A DNA stretch of 64,000 bases from Nitrospirota bacterium (GCA_011620345.1 WOZJ01000057.1:101246-165245); one strand, 5' to 3'; positions 38,397-48,827 are shown, numbered from the stretch's first letter. Translations and numbers: made by a program. Notes: a model not told the origin generated them from the sequence alone.

Positions 38397-40664
38397 TTAA
38401 AAAAACTGTCCCTTGGTTTGTTGCTCCACGTGTTCTTGAGGCGACCTTAGGAAGTCGGCGAGTCCTGTCGTCCGCTCGTCCCTTGCCGAGCGAACGCCGA
38501 TTCCAACCGCCTTCTTCGTCCCGATCCAGACGGCAAGCCGCTTGGCGCGGGTAAGCGCGGTATAGAGCATGTTGCGTTGCAGCATGATGAAATGGTCCGT
38601 TACAATCGGCATGAGCACGACGCCAAACTCGCTTCCTTGCGCCTTGTGTACGCTGATAGCGTAGGCGAGGCCCATTTCTTCGAGCCCATCGCCTTTAATT
38701 TCGAGCGAACGCCCGTAAAACCTTGCGATAAATGCGCGGTTTTCGGGAAATACGCGAACAATCTGGCCGATGTCCCCGTTGAAAATCTCGTGCTGGTAAT
38801 TGTTCTTGAGCTGGAGAATACGGTCGCCCGCGTAGAATCGTTGAGCCCCAACCTGCAAAAAGGGAGGCTTGATCTTTCCTACGGCCAACCTTGCATGCTG
38901 GAAAGCCTCGTTGAGCGCGATTGTCCCGAGAGGCCCCCGATGGACCGGTGTAATCACCTGGATGGCGCTCGGTTCGAGATCCGGGAAAGCCTTCGGGATG
39001 GTTGAGACGCCGAGCTCGACGATGGTCTGGACGATTCTAGGGGCGGCTTCTTCGTTGACTAGGTAGAAATCGCCTCCGTTCCGTCCGTTTATGAGTATTT
39101 CTCGAAGCTCTGCGGGTGTTAGTGTCCGAACTGGGGGGATTTTCCCTTGCCTGATGGCGTGGGCTCCGAGGATGATCGTGCTTAAGCTAGCCTGGCGAAA
39201 GATGCGTGTGAGCTCAAAATACGGAATCGTTCCCGATTGAATGAGGTCTTTGAACACCTGGCCGGGGCCAACGGGGGGGAGCTGGTCTTTGTCGCCCACC
39301 AAAAGGAGTCGGGTCTTTTTTGGTAGTGCATCGAGGAGCGCATCGAACAAGAAAGCATCGACCATGGAAGTTTCATCCACGATGAGCGTATCGAAATCAA
39401 GCGGATTTTCGTGGTTTCTTTGAAAGCGCCCTAAAAATGGCTGAAATTCCAGCAACTTATGGAGCGTGCAGGCATCAAAGCCCGTAACTTCTTGCAATCG
39501 CTTCGCCGCCCTCCCTGTAGGCGCGGCGAGGGCAAAGCGTTCCCTTCGGGCTTCAAAGGCCTTGGCAAGTATGGAGATAAGCGTCGTTTTGCCTGTCCCG
39601 GGACCTCCCGTCAAGATTGCCAAAGGACCCCGCAAAAGGTTTCGTGCAATCGTGTATTGCTCTTCGCTTAGCGCAACAGAGACGCTCTTCTGGGCCTTTT
39701 CGAGCGGCTTTTCGTATTGCTTTAATAAATCGTCTGGCTCTGCAAGGGTACGGAGCCGTCCTCGAAATGCCCTTGCAAGGGACACCTCGCAGCGGTGGGC
39801 CTTTTTGAGGTAGAGCATGCCGGTCAAGGACTCCCTGACAACCTCGCCTTTTTCAATAAGTTCCCCAAGGCTTGTCTTGAGCTCTTCAATGCCGAGCTCC
39901 AAGCGTTTTTGTCCTTCACTAAGGAGGGTAGCATGCTCCATGCACATCGACCCAGCCTCGAGCGCTTCGTTGAGAATCCACTTGAGGCCTGCCCTGGCTC
40001 GTATCGGGTCTTCCCTCGGAATGCCAACGCTGCAAGCAATCTCGTCGGCCGTCTTGAACCCAATCCCGCTAATCCGGTCGGCAAGCGCATACGGGTCTTC
40101 TTGGAGGCGCGCAAGCGACATTTCTCCAAAAACCCGGTAGATTCGCATTCCTAGGGCGTGCGATAGCCTGCGTTCAGAGAGGAATAACAAGAGCTCTTTA
40201 AGGCCCTTAGAGTTTTTTGTTGAGGTTATAAGGCGATTTATCAGGCTTTCCCCGATTCCTTTTACACCAAGAAGGGCTTTTGGTTCGTTTTCCACCACCC
40301 AAAGCGCCTTTTCGCCGAATACATCAACAATCCTTTTGGCTAAAGCTGGTCCTATCCCCTTGAACATCCGGCTCGAAAGGTAGCCTACGATGCCTTCTTG
40401 GGTTGTCGGGGCTTCGTAGTGGTAAGCCAAGACTTCAAATTGAGGGCCGTACCGAGAGTGCTCTGTCCATCTCCCTTCCAACGTGACCTGCTGGTTTGGA
40501 GAAAGGCCAGAAAGCGGGCCTACCACGACAAAGGATTCCTTAGTGAGGCTTGCTACGCCATCGCCATTATGAAGCTCGAACAGGGCGACCGCAAACCCGT
40601 TGGCGGTGTTTTCAAAAATCTTTTTTCGAATGCACCCTGCGTAGGATCTGGCTTTACGCTCCAC
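38397..40664 (-). CDS. recD2: ATP-dependent RecD-like DNA helicase (RecD2/YrrC family, SF1B)
   Basis: 755 aa. N-terminal OB/HhH region, Walker A LTGGPGTGKTT, Walker B LIVDETSMVD and the SF1B C-terminal domain. Confidence 0.85.
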   Translation of the reverse strand: MERKARSYAGCIRKKIFENTANGFAVALFELHNGDGVASLTKESFVVVGPLSGLSPNQQVTLEGRWTEHSRYGPQFEVLAYHYEAPTTQEGIVGYLSSRMFKGIGPALAKRIVDVFGEKALWVVENEPKALLGVKGIGESLINRLITSTKNSKGLKELLLFLSERRLSHALGMRIYRVFGEMSLARLQEDPYALADRISGIGFKTADEIACSVGIPREDPIRARAGLKWILNEALEAGSMCMEHATLLSEGQKRLELGIEELKTSLGELIEKGEVVRESLTGMLYLKKAHRCEVSLARAFRGRLRTLAEPDDLLKQYEKPLEKAQKSVSVALSEEQYTIARNLLRGPLAILTGGPGTGKTTLISILAKAFEARRERFALAAPTGRAAKRLQEVTGFDACTLHKLLEFQPFLGRFQRNHENPLDFDTLIVDETSMVDAFLFDALLDALPKKTRLLLVGDKDQLPPVGPGQVFKDLIQSGTIPYFELTRIFRQASLSTIILGAHAIRQGKIPPVRTLTPAELREILINGRNGGDFYLVNEEAAPRIVQTIVELGVSTIPKAFPDLEPSAIQVITPVHRGPLGTIALNEAFQHARLAVGKIKPPFLQVGAQRFYAGDRILQLKNNYQHEIFNGDIGQIVRVFPENRAFIARFYGRSLEIKGDGLEEMGLAYAISVHKAQGSEFGVVLMPIVTDHFIMLQRNMLYTALTRAKRLAVWIGTKKAVGIGVRSARDERTTGLADFLRSPQEHVEQQTKGQFF

Positions 40665-41059
40665 GTTCAGAAAACGCCATGTTTTTAATGCTTATTTTAC
40701 ACCTTTTGTGCCGTTTGGCCTAAATGCGGTTCATTGTAGAATAGTAGGGAATACGAAGGACGTTACGGCGGGGGAAGTTCGAGCCAGCCGCTATCCCAGG
40801 AAGAGGGCTTTAGGGGCAAGCGCGACCCCTAAGCTAACCTTGGCTTTGAAATGCTTGATTTTTCAAACATATGAGCGTATACTTCTCTTTCAACGTATGA
40901 GGATAAAACCCGTGGGGGATTTATGGATGTAGACTCTAGAATTCTGTACAACATGGAGTCTGTCTTTTACCCCCTTTAGCCTGCGCGGTTGATTTATGAA
41001 CCTCGCTTAGGCTTGGGGGGCACGGAAAAACCCTTAAGCCTAAGGAGGGAAGCCATAGG
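40665..41059 (+). promoter_or_regulatory. 395-bp structured leader/promoter region upstream of speH-speE
   Basis: No credible ORF. Contains a perfect hairpin CTTAGGGG-caagcgcga-CCCCTAAG and a second hairpin CTTAGGCTTgggg..CCCttAAGCCTAAG whose 3' arm abuts or overlaps the speH Shine-Dalgarno AAGGAGGG. Confidence 0.3.
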
Positions 41060-41440
41060 ATGCGCAATCTTGGTATTCATGTCTTGCTCGAATTGAACGA
41101 ATGTCAGCCTGACCTATTAACAGATGTTGCGGGTGTTCGCGAAAAGCTCCTTGAGGCCGTACACAAGGGGGGAGCTACGGTTGTAGGCGATTATTTTCAA
41201 CAGTTCGACCCCTACGGCGTGAGCGGAATGATCGTTATCGCCGAGTCGCACGTTTCGATCCATACCTGGCCCGAGTATGGGTACGCCGCGGTCGACGTGT
41301 TTACATGCGGAAACCCCCAAATCCCGTACAATATCTCCGAGCTCGTGATCCGGGCGTTTGACTCCCAAAGGCCGGTGATGTGCGAGTTTAAACGGGGGAT
41401 TCTCTCTGGCCAACGGAACACAACCGCGCTTGTAGCCTGA
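41060..41440 (+). CDS. speH: S-adenosylmethionine decarboxylase proenzyme (pyruvoyl-dependent, SpeH/class 1b)
   Basis: 126 aa. Self-processing site context VIAESHVSIHTWPE (Glu-Ser cleavage, serine converted to pyruvoyl). Confidence 0.85.
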   Translation: MRNLGIHVLLELNECQPDLLTDVAGVREKLLEAVHKGGATVVGDYFQQFDPYGVSGMIVIAESHVSIHTWPEYGYAAVDVFTCGNPQIPYNISELVIRAFDSQRPVMCEFKRGILSGQRNTTALVA

Positions 41441-41442
41441 TC

Positions 41443-42318
41443 ATGTGCGTGCGGCCGACTGTCCTTAGGGTTCATGACTTTACGATTCGGGGGATGGATT
41501 ATTCCCTAAACGTCGAAGAAATCTATTGTACGAGAAAAACTCCCTATCAGCAGCTCCTTATAGGCAAAACGGAAACCTTTGGGGATGCGCTGTTCTTGGA
41601 CTGGCAGATTCAATCGAGCGAAACAGACGAGCATGTCTACCACGAAGCCCTTGTCCATCCTGCGATGGCTGTCTTTTTGTCCGCAGGGCTTCCGAAGCGT
41701 GTCCTTATTTTGGGCGGAGGGGAAGGGGCGACGCTTCGGGAGGTCTTAAGGTATCCATGCGTAGAAAAGGCCGTCATGGTGGATATCGATCGGGATGTGG
41801 TCGAAGCTTGCAGGGCCCACCTTCCAAGCTTCTCGGCCGGAGCCTTTGAAGATGCAAGGGCAGAGGTCGTCTTTCAAGGGGCGCGAGAGTACCTTATGGC
41901 GTCCAATGAGCTTTTTGACGTGATTGTGTACGATTTGACCGATCCAGTACCAGGAGGGCCGGCGGAGGGGATCTTCACCGTTGATTTCCTCGTCGGCCTT
42001 GCCTCGCGCCTCTCCACGAAAGGCGTCGCCTGCTTCCAGATGGGTTCGGCAGGGATGCATTTTAACTCCGGCTTTCGGTACGGCTTAAAACTTCTGAAGG
42101 AAAGGCTTGCAACCGTCATTCCTTACCACACCTACATGGCATCCTTTGGGCTGGATTGGGGATTTGCCCTTGCTACGAACTCCCATCTTCCGGCAGATTT
42201 TGACCGCCTGGTTCGCGACCATATTCCCTCCGGCATCACGAATGCAATGGACCCAGAAAGCTTATCGGCTTGCTTCTTTCTGCCCCCTGTACTCAAGAAA
42301 TCTCTGGGTGTAAGCTAA
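41443..42318 (+). CDS. speE: Spermidine synthase SpeE (aminopropyltransferase)
   Basis: LILGGGEGATLREVLRY and MVDIDRDVVE motifs of the spermidine synthase fold. Directly follows speH. Confidence 0.85.
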   Translation: MCVRPTVLRVHDFTIRGMDYSLNVEEIYCTRKTPYQQLLIGKTETFGDALFLDWQIQSSETDEHVYHEALVHPAMAVFLSAGLPKRVLILGGGEGATLREVLRYPCVEKAVMVDIDRDVVEACRAHLPSFSAGAFEDARAEVVFQGAREYLMASNELFDVIVYDLTDPVPGGPAEGIFTVDFLVGLASRLSTKGVACFQMGSAGMHFNSGFRYGLKLLKERLATVIPYHTYMASFGLDWGFALATNSHLPADFDRLVRDHIPSGITNAMDPESLSACFFLPPVLKKSLGVS

Positions 42319-42375
42319 AAAAGGACATTTTTCACCCTTCCGGGGAATTTCATGCAACATGTGCAGGAGAAGAGC

Positions 42376-45300
42376 ATGGCACAGGCCGATAGCCCTCAAT
42401 GGGCGATGATGGACGGCAACGAGGCATGCGCCTTCGTTGCTTATAAAATCAACGAAGTGATCGCAATATACCCGATTACGCCGTCATCCCCCATGGCGGA
42501 GCTTGCCGACGAATGGTCGGCAAAGGGCAAGAAGAACGTGTTCGGGAGCGTTCCTTCCGTGGTTGAGATGCAAAGCGAGGCGGGCGCGGCAGCCGCCGTC
42601 CACGGAGCACTCCAGGCAGGGGCCCTCGCCACTACGTTTACGTCATCCCAGGGCCTTTTGTTAATGATCCCTTCCATGTTCAAGATAGCGGGCGAGCTTA
42701 CGCCTGTCGTGTTCCATATAGCGGCACGGACGGTCGCGACGCATGCGCTTTCCATCTTTGGCGACCACAGCGACGTAATGGCCGTAAGAAGCACGGGGTT
42801 TGCAATGCTGTCTTCCTCCTCTGTTCAGGAGGCCATGGACTTGGCGTTGATCTCCCAGGCGGCATCGCTCGAATCGAGGATTCCCTTTTTGCACTTCTTC
42901 GACGGGTTCCGCACTTCTCACGAGGTCAACAAGGTGCAGGTGCTGACGGATGAGCAAATTCTTGCCATGCTCGACTCCGAGCGAATCTTTGCACACAGGA
43001 AACGCGCGCTCTCTCCCGACAGGCCCTTTATCCGGGGTACGTCGCAAAACCCCGATACGTTTTTCCAGGAGCGTGAGGCCATCAACCCCCTTTATGCAAA
43101 ATGCCCTGGGGTTGTCGAAGACTGCATGGAGCGGTTCTTCCGCCTGACAGGCAGGAGGTACCGGCTATTTGAATATACTGGAGCGCCCGATGCCGATCGC
43201 GTGATTGTGGTCATGGGTTCCGGGGCAGAGACTGTCGAAGAAACCGTCTCGGCGCTCAACCGGCAGGGTGAGCGGGTTGGCGTGATTCGAGCGCGCCTGT
43301 TCCGTCCGTTCTCAAGGTCCGCGTTTCTTTCTTCCCTTCCAAAAACTGTTTGCAGAGTTGCGGTGCTGGACCGCACAAAAGAGCCTGGCGCCGAGGGCGA
43401 GCCCTTGTACATGGACGTGCAAACGGCCATCGCGAACGCGATGCAAGGTACAAACCCACCGTTCGAGCGCGCCCCGGAACTTGTCGGCGGACGCTATGGG
43501 TTATCCTCCAAAGAATTTACGCCATCCATGGTGAAGGCCGTCTTTGATGAGCTGAAGACGCAAGCCCCTAGGTGTTCGTTTAGCGTCGGGATCGAAGACG
43601 ACGTGTCAGGGCTTAGCCTTCCGTTCGACCCAGAGTTTCGACTCAAGCAAGAAGGGCAATACGGCGCCATGTTCTACGGCCTTGGCTCGGACGGTACCGT
43701 AGGAGCGAGCAAAAACACAATTAAGATCATCGGCGAGGATACGCCCAACTTTGCCCAGGGCTACTTTGTGTACGATTCCAAGAAGGCTGGGTCGGTGACC
43801 GTATCCCACCTCAGGTTCGGCCCAAAGCCGATAAGGGCACCCTACTTGATTGACAGGGCCGATTTTATCAGCGTGAGCCAGCCTGTCTTCCTCGATCGTT
43901 TCGACATGCTCGATTACGCCAAAGAGGGGGGGGTCTTCTTGCTCAACAGCCCCTTTGGCCCTGAAGAGGCGTGGGAGCAACTGCCCTTCGAATACCAAGA
44001 GCAGATCCTTAAGAGGCGTCTGAAGTTTTACGTCATCAACGCCTATGAGATAGCCAAAGAAGTGGGCATGGGTCGAAGGATCAACACGATTATGCAGGCC
44101 TGCTTCTTCGCGCTTTCTGGAATCCTTCCTAAAGAGGATGCTATTGCCGCGATGAAGGGTGCGATTGCAAAAACGTACGGGCGTAAAGGGGAGATGGTTG
44201 TTCAGAAAAACTACGCCATGATCGACATGACGCTCGAGCATCTTTTCGAAGTGGACACCACCTCAAGGCGCATGAGCTCCTCGGCACGCTCTATGCCACC
44301 CGTCGTGTCCCCTAAAGCGCCAGATTTCGTCACGGGGGTCGTTGCTCCGATGGTAGCAGGTCAGGGAGATTCGTTGCCCGTGAGCGCCTTTCCTTTGGAT
44401 GGAACCTTCCCGACCGGTACGGCCAAGTGGGAAAAGCGAAACCTTGCGCTTAGCATTCCGGCCTGGGAGATGGATTTGTGCATCCAGTGCGGAAAATGCG
44501 CCTTGGTTTGTCCCCACGCAGCGATTCGGATCAAGGCCTACGAAGAACGTTTTGCCGAAAACGCCCCGCGGACGTTCAAGAAAATGCCATACAAGGGCAG
44601 AGAATTTTCGGGCTTCTCTTACACCATCCAAGTTGCGGCGGAAGATTGCACGGGCTGCACGCTGTGCGTTGAGATTTGCCCCGCTCGTGATAAACAAAAT
44701 CCGGACAGGAAGGCGCTGAACATGGTGCCGCAGATGCCCATCCGGGATGCAGAGCGCGACAACTTCGATTTCTTCCTAGAACTGCCGGAGGTCGACCGAC
44801 GGCTGGTGAAAGTGGACACCGTCAAAGGCTCCCAGTTCCTTGAGCCCCTTTTCGAATTTTCCGGTGCCTGCGAAGGGTGCGGAGAAACACCCTACCTCAA
44901 GCTCTTAACCCAGCTGTTCGGTGACAGGCTGCTTATCGGGAATGCAACGGGGTGCTCCTCGATATACGGAGGAAACCTCCCTACAACGCCCTATACGATG
45001 AACAAAGAGGGCAGGGGTCCAGCCTGGTCTAACTCGTTGTTCGAGGATGCAGCCGAGTTTGCGCTCGGATTTCGCTTGACGATCGACAACCAGGTTGCGT
45101 TTGCTGCGGACCTTTTAAAGCAGCTTGCCGCAGACGTTGGCCAGGAGCTAGCAGAGGATATCCTAAACGCTGACCAAGCGAGCGAGCCAGGGGTATACGA
45201 ACAACGGCAACGGCTTGAGGCTCTAAAGGAGCGCCTAAAGGCTATGGGGCCGAGCCAAAAGGTCGCCCAACTCTTGTCGTTGGCCGATTTGCTTGTCAGG

Positions 45301-45996
45301 AAGTCGGTCTGGGGTGTCGGCGGCGATGGATGGGCCTACGACATCGGTTACGGCGGCGTAGACCACGTGCTTGCCTCAGGGCGGAACATTAACCTGCTCG
45401 TAATGGATACCGGGGTGTACTCCAACACAGGCGGGCAGATGTCCAAGGCCACGCCTTTGGGGGCGGTAGCCAGGTTTGCCGCGTCGGGAAAAGCCCAACC
45501 ACGAAAAGACTTGGCGCTCATGGCGATCACCTACGGGAGCGTTTACGTGGCGCAGATTGCCATGGGGGCAAACGATACCCAAACTGTCAAGGCTTTTATC
45601 GAGGCGGAGCGCTACGACGGCCCTTCTATCATTATTGCTTACTCCCACTGTATTGCGCACAACATTGACATGGCCAAGGGGTTCGAACACCAAAAGCTTG
45701 CCGAACAGGTTGGGTTTTGGCCACTTTTTAGGTATAACCCAAAGCTTGCCGAGGAAGGGAAAAATCCTTTGATCCTCGATTCGAAACCCCCGAAGCTCTC
45801 TTTCGCCGAGTTCGCGAAGCAAGAAGGGCGGTTTCGGATGCTTGAACGAATCGACCCGGACAGGGCGAAGCTGCTGCTCCAAAGGGCGGAGGCGGAGATC
45901 CAGCGGAGCTTTGCTTTTTATCAACACTTGGCAAGCTTTAACCCTGCTCAGAATGGTAACGGCAAGCAGGAAACAGTCAAAGCAACTTTAAGCTAG
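42376..45996 (+). CDS. nifJ: Pyruvate:ferredoxin (flavodoxin) oxidoreductase, single-polypeptide PFOR/NifJ type
   Basis: Domains I-VII are present. N-terminal MDGNEA..AIYPITPSS, two 4Fe-4S ferredoxin motifs (CIQCGKCALVCPHAAI, CTGCTLCVEICP) and the TPP-binding GDGW. Start taken at MAQADS after RBS caggagaag; the six-frame ORF begins at 42352. Confidence 0.95.
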   Translation: MAQADSPQWAMMDGNEACAFVAYKINEVIAIYPITPSSPMAELADEWSAKGKKNVFGSVPSVVEMQSEAGAAAAVHGALQAGALATTFTSSQGLLLMIPSMFKIAGELTPVVFHIAARTVATHALSIFGDHSDVMAVRSTGFAMLSSSSVQEAMDLALISQAASLESRIPFLHFFDGFRTSHEVNKVQVLTDEQILAMLDSERIFAHRKRALSPDRPFIRGTSQNPDTFFQEREAINPLYAKCPGVVEDCMERFFRLTGRRYRLFEYTGAPDADRVIVVMGSGAETVEETVSALNRQGERVGVIRARLFRPFSRSAFLSSLPKTVCRVAVLDRTKEPGAEGEPLYMDVQTAIANAMQGTNPPFERAPELVGGRYGLSSKEFTPSMVKAVFDELKTQAPRCSFSVGIEDDVSGLSLPFDPEFRLKQEGQYGAMFYGLGSDGTVGASKNTIKIIGEDTPNFAQGYFVYDSKKAGSVTVSHLRFGPKPIRAPYLIDRADFISVSQPVFLDRFDMLDYAKEGGVFLLNSPFGPEEAWEQLPFEYQEQILKRRLKFYVINAYEIAKEVGMGRRINTIMQACFFALSGILPKEDAIAAMKGAIAKTYGRKGEMVVQKNYAMIDMTLEHLFEVDTTSRRMSSSARSMPPVVSPKAPDFVTGVVAPMVAGQGDSLPVSAFPLDGTFPTGTAKWEKRNLALSIPAWEMDLCIQCGKCALVCPHAAIRIKAYEERFAENAPRTFKKMPYKGREFSGFSYTIQVAAEDCTGCTLCVEICPARDKQNPDRKALNMVPQMPIRDAERDNFDFFLELPEVDRRLVKVDTVKGSQFLEPLFEFSGACEGCGETPYLKLLTQLFGDRLLIGNATGCSSIYGGNLPTTPYTMNKEGRGPAWSNSLFEDAAEFALGFRLTIDNQVAFAADLLKQLAADVGQELAEDILNADQASEPGVYEQRQRLEALKERLKAMGPSQKVAQLLSLADLLVRKSVWGVGGDGWAYDIGYGGVDHVLASGRNINLLVMDTGVYSNTGGQMSKATPLGAVARFAASGKAQPRKDLALMAITYGSVYVAQIAMGANDTQTVKAFIEAERYDGPSIIIAYSHCIAHNIDMAKGFEHQKLAEQVGFWPLFRYNPKLAEEGKNPLILDSKPPKLSFAEFAKQEGRFRMLERIDPDRAKLLLQRAEAEIQRSFAFYQHLASFNPAQNGNGKQETVKATLS

Positions 45997-46014
45997 GATT
46001 AAGCTAGGACGGTC

Positions 46015-47550
46015 ATGAAAAGAAAAATACAAAGAGCGCTCCTTAGCCTTGCCAGGCCGCAGGCGTTCTTAGGGCCTACGCTGGAGCTCGCCAAGTACGG
46101 CGTCGAGCTCTGGGCGAGCTCGGGTACGGCAAAGTTCTTGCGCTCCAACGGGCTTGAAGTACGGGACTTGGTAGACCTTACGGGGTTTTCGGAACTTTTA
46201 GGAGGGCGAGTAAAGACGCTCCACCCGAACGTGTTTGCCGGAATCTTGGCCAACCCGGAGAACCCCGGACACACAAGCGACCTTGAGCGCATTGGGGGCG
46301 TGTCGTTCGACTTGATCGTTGTCGACCTCTATCCTTTCGACGAAGGGGTAAAAAAAGGCCTGGAAGAAGCAGGCTTAAGAGAGTTGATCGACGTTGGAGG
46401 GGTTGCGCTCATCAGGGCGGCCGCAAAAAATGCTCCGTTTGTCAGCGTGGCTGTCGACATGCATGGGTTTTCCTTAGTTTTGAAGGACCTTAAGGAAGAT
46501 CATGGGCATGTTCGTCCAGAAACGTCCCTTTCCTTGGCGGTTCGTGCGTTCGGCCATACGAGCGCGTACGATGCGCTGATCGCCAAGACACTTTTCGAGC
46601 AAGCCGGAAACGAAGCGTTTCCGGAGCTCCTTTTGTCGGTGTTTGAGCGGACAAAGGAGCTGCGTTACGGGGAAAATCCGCACCAAAGGGCCTATTGGTA
46701 TCGCCCTAGGTTATCGCAAACGCTCGAATTGACCGCGCTCCAAGGGAAAGAGCTCTCCTACAATAACCTTCAGGATGCCGAGGCGGCTTACCTGCTCGTG
46801 AGGGAATTCGACCGCCCCGCAGTTTCTGTTATCAAGCATTCGAACCCGTGCGGTGTCGCAGCGGCAAATACAATCGAGGAAGCCTTCGAGAAAGCGCTTG
46901 ACTGCGACACGAAGTCGGCCTTCGGCGGGGTTGTCGCTTGCAATCGGCCCATTGATGAGAAAGTAGCAGAGCGTATGCGGCCGATCTTTCTCGAGGTTGT
47001 CCTTGCCCCGGCATACTCCGAGGGGGCGATGGAAATCCTTCAGGCAAAGAAAAACACGAGGTTTTGTACTCTTAGTTTCGACAAACCGCTTCCGGAGTTA
47101 ACCTCGAGGGAGACGCTCTTCGGGCTGCTCTTGCAAGATCGAGATCTCCAGGTACCCTCAAAGGGGACGCTGGAAGTGGCAAGTCATAGAAAGCCAACGC
47201 CGGAACAGCTTGAAGATATGAAATTTGCGATCGATGTGGCAAAGCACGTGCGCTCGAATGCGATCGTGTTCGCGAAGAACCTTTCTAGCGTGGGGATAGG
47301 GGCCGGCCAGATGAGTCGTGTAGATTCCGTCCGGCTGGCAGCGCTCAAGGCAGAGGGTAGGGCAAATGGGGCTGTAATGGGCTCGGATGCCTTTTTCCCG
47401 TTCCCGGATGGCGTGGAATACGCCCACGAGGCAGGTATCGAAGCCTTTATCGCACCGAAGGGTTCCGTGAGGGACAAAGAGGTGCTGGAAGCGGCGGATC
47501 GTCTAGGGATGGTGTGCGTGTTCGTTTCTTCCCGTCATTTTCGGCATTGA
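46015..47550 (+). CDS. purH: Bifunctional AICAR formyltransferase / IMP cyclohydrolase PurH
   Basis: MGS-like N-domain (ASSGTAKFLRSNGLEV...GGRVKTLHP) and AICARFT C-domain. Confidence 0.9.
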   Translation: MKRKIQRALLSLARPQAFLGPTLELAKYGVELWASSGTAKFLRSNGLEVRDLVDLTGFSELLGGRVKTLHPNVFAGILANPENPGHTSDLERIGGVSFDLIVVDLYPFDEGVKKGLEEAGLRELIDVGGVALIRAAAKNAPFVSVAVDMHGFSLVLKDLKEDHGHVRPETSLSLAVRAFGHTSAYDALIAKTLFEQAGNEAFPELLLSVFERTKELRYGENPHQRAYWYRPRLSQTLELTALQGKELSYNNLQDAEAAYLLVREFDRPAVSVIKHSNPCGVAAANTIEEAFEKALDCDTKSAFGGVVACNRPIDEKVAERMRPIFLEVVLAPAYSEGAMEILQAKKNTRFCTLSFDKPLPELTSRETLFGLLLQDRDLQVPSKGTLEVASHRKPTPEQLEDMKFAIDVAKHVRSNAIVFAKNLSSVGIGAGQMSRVDSVRLAALKAEGRANGAVMGSDAFFPFPDGVEYAHEAGIEAFIAPKGSVRDKEVLEAADRLGMVCVFVSSRHFRH

Positions 47551-47552
47551 TC

Positions 47553-48827
47553 ATGCATATTTTGGTTGTTGGACAAGGGGCCAGGGAACATGCCCTTGCC
47601 TTTAGGGCTTCGAAGAGCCCGCTTGTTTCGCGCGTTTTCGTAGCTCCGGGGAGCCCGGGGATGACAGACGTAGCGATCCCTACGGGCATCACCGCGACGG
47701 ACTTAAGCGGGCTTGTCGAGTTTGCCAAAATCAAGCGCATCGGACTTACCGTTATCGGGCCAGAGCTTCCTCTGGCCATTGGGCTGACAGATGGAATGCA
47801 GGCGGCAGGCTTCAGGGTCTGCGGGCCAACTCAAGAAGCTGCACGCCTTGAGACCTCCAAAGTTTTTGCCAAGCAGCTCCTTAAGGAGCTCGGCGTCCCT
47901 ACGGCCGATTTTCAAGTTTTCTCCTCGCTTCCAGAGGCCAAGACATTCGTGGCAAAGGCCGAGTATCCGCTGGTCATCAAGGCGGACGGGCTTGCTGCAG
48001 GCAAAGGCGTTTTTGTCTGCAAGGACCGAAAAGAGGCTGGTCTGGCGCTTGAATCCGTATTCGTCGAGAGGGTCTTTGGCGACGCTGGAGACAGGGTTGT
48101 CATCGAGGCGTTCCTCGAGGGCGAGGAGGCCTCGGCTTTTGCCTTGACAGACGGGGAAAATGCCCTGCTTTTACCGATGGCCAGGGATTACAAGCGTCTT
48201 TTGGACGGCGACTTGGGTCCAAACACGGGCGGGATGGGCGCCTACGCCCCCCACGGCCTCTCAGAGCCAGCCTTTTTGAAAACCATTAAAGAGGAGATCG
48301 TAGAGCCCGTCCTCGAGGGCTTAAGGATCAAAGGTTGCCCCTTTCGAGGGGTGCTCTACGTAGGGTTGATGATCACGAAGGAAGGACCGCAGGTGCTGGA
48401 GTTCAACGTGCGCTTCGGGGATCCTGAAACCCAGGCCTTGATGGTTGGCCTCGAAGGGGACATAGTGCCATTGCTCGCAGGCTGTGCCGAGCCTGGCGGT
48501 TTAAAGGGGTTGCGCCCTCCGTCCCTTGGCGTCAAGGCCGTCTGCGTGGTACTCGCGAGCAAAGGGTATCCCGAAAAGCCGAAAGTCGGAGAACCGATCT
48601 TTGGCCTCGGGGACGCCCAATTATGCGAAGGGGTTAGGATATTCCACGCCGCGACCTCGCTTCTTGAAAATGGCTGGGTGACGGCCGGCGGAAGGGTACT
48701 CAGTGTTGTAGGCTTTGGAGAAGAGCTGTCCATGGCTCGCTTAAGGGCTTACGACGCGGTAGGCAGGATTTCTTTCGAAGGAATGCACTACAGGGGGGAT
48801 ATCGCAAAAGAATGGCAAGCGTTGTAA
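47553..48827 (+). CDS. purD: Phosphoribosylamine--glycine ligase PurD
   Basis: ATP-grasp. N-terminal MHILVVGQGAREHALA. Start at the ATG immediately after the purH stop. Confidence 0.9.
   Translation: MHILVVGQGAREHALAFRASKSPLVSRVFVAPGSPGMTDVAIPTGITATDLSGLVEFAKIKRIGLTVIGPELPLAIGLTDGMQAAGFRVCGPTQEAARLETSKVFAKQLLKELGVPTADFQVFSSLPEAKTFVAKAEYPLVIKADGLAAGKGVFVCKDRKEAGLALESVFVERVFGDAGDRVVIEAFLEGEEASAFALTDGENALLLPMARDYKRLLDGDLGPNTGGMGAYAPHGLSEPAFLKTIKEEIVEPVLEGLRIKGCPFRGVLYVGLMITKEGPQVLEFNVRFGDPETQALMVGLEGDIVPLLAGCAEPGGLKGLRPPSLGVKAVCVVLASKGYPEKPKVGEPIFGLGDAQLCEGVRIFHAATSLLENGWVTAGGRVLSVVGFGEELSMARLRAYDAVGRISFEGMHYRGDIAKEWQAL

Noticed and set aside
40708-40932. 74-aa ORF inside the speH leader
   Set aside because: No RBS and a product of mixed low-complexity composition. 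The region is better explained as structured non-coding leader.
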